DNA from: Octopus vulgaris
Taxonomy: Eukaryota
Assembly (NCBI GenBank): GCA_951406725.2
Contig: OX597815.1
Span: forward strand, 156,054,001 to 156,118,000
Direction of reading: 5' to 3'
DNA: 64,000 bases
Each line of letters starts with the position of its first letter. The first letter of the stretch is position 1. The position numbers were made by a program, and so were the translations under genes. Positions 63,690-64,000 of the stretch are shown here, one piece after another. The notes under the pieces were generated by a model, which was given only the letters and a program-made list of their open reading frames with translations, made no database searches and had not been told where the DNA came from.

Positions 63690-63900
63690 CTTGGCCGAAT
63701 CTCAAACTCATCGTTCAGCAGAGTTATTCGGTCAAATGTTATATACGATATTTTCTCGTGAGCATCTGTTCTTAGTAGAGTTTCTTTCCGGTTCACAGCA
63801 CTAGGATTTGTCCTGTTTTGTTGCCAATTACGGTAGACATCTTTCAAGAAGTTGCTTGACAAGTCCGGTATGTATTTGTAAAACTCATAGAGATGGTATT
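63690..63900 (-). mobile_element. Old Tx1-family RT fragment
   Basis: LYEFYKYIPDL...VYRNWQQN...ITLLN aligns with LPYEFYRSMPDL...VYANWQQN...ITLLN of the element at 31452. Confidence 0.75.
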
Positions 63901-64000
63901 CAAGCAGAATGATTTGCAGCTTTTGCTACCGCTCACCTCCTAAATTTGGCTACAGCTCACCACCTCTCAAATTTCAACTACTCAAATAGGGTCTTGATTG

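Overview
AT-rich, microsatellite- and transposon-dense animal DNA; the SINE/LINE repertoire points to a coleoid cephalopod (probably Octopus; inference). Most of the window appears to be one ~48 kb intron of a minus-strand host gene. Two coding exons (50467-50670 and 1852-2550) join in phase 0 and tentatively resemble the N-terminus of invertebrate phospholipase C-epsilon-like proteins. The best structure is a nested insertion at 29.3-37.4 kb. A mariner-type MITE holds a tRNA-derived SINE. That SINE is split at one site in its tRNA head by two tandem elements separated by three copies of a ~16 bp target duplication. The first is a 2 kb ORF1-only element (HAL1-like 'half-Tx1') and the second is a full-length Tx1-clade LINE. 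The same 3' tail occurs on both elements, on a Deu/Nin-type SINE subfamily and on a fragment inside a (GATA)n tract, suggesting one Tx1-driven mobilisation guild. Also present: three long foldbacks at 9.5-13.4 kb, hammerhead-ribozyme motifs of Penelope type, a Helitron-like element, SINE-LINE tail pairs for CR1/L2 and RTE, and a stack of R4/Dong insertions in (TAA)n at 59.8-63.1 kb. All calls are by eye and boundaries are approximate.
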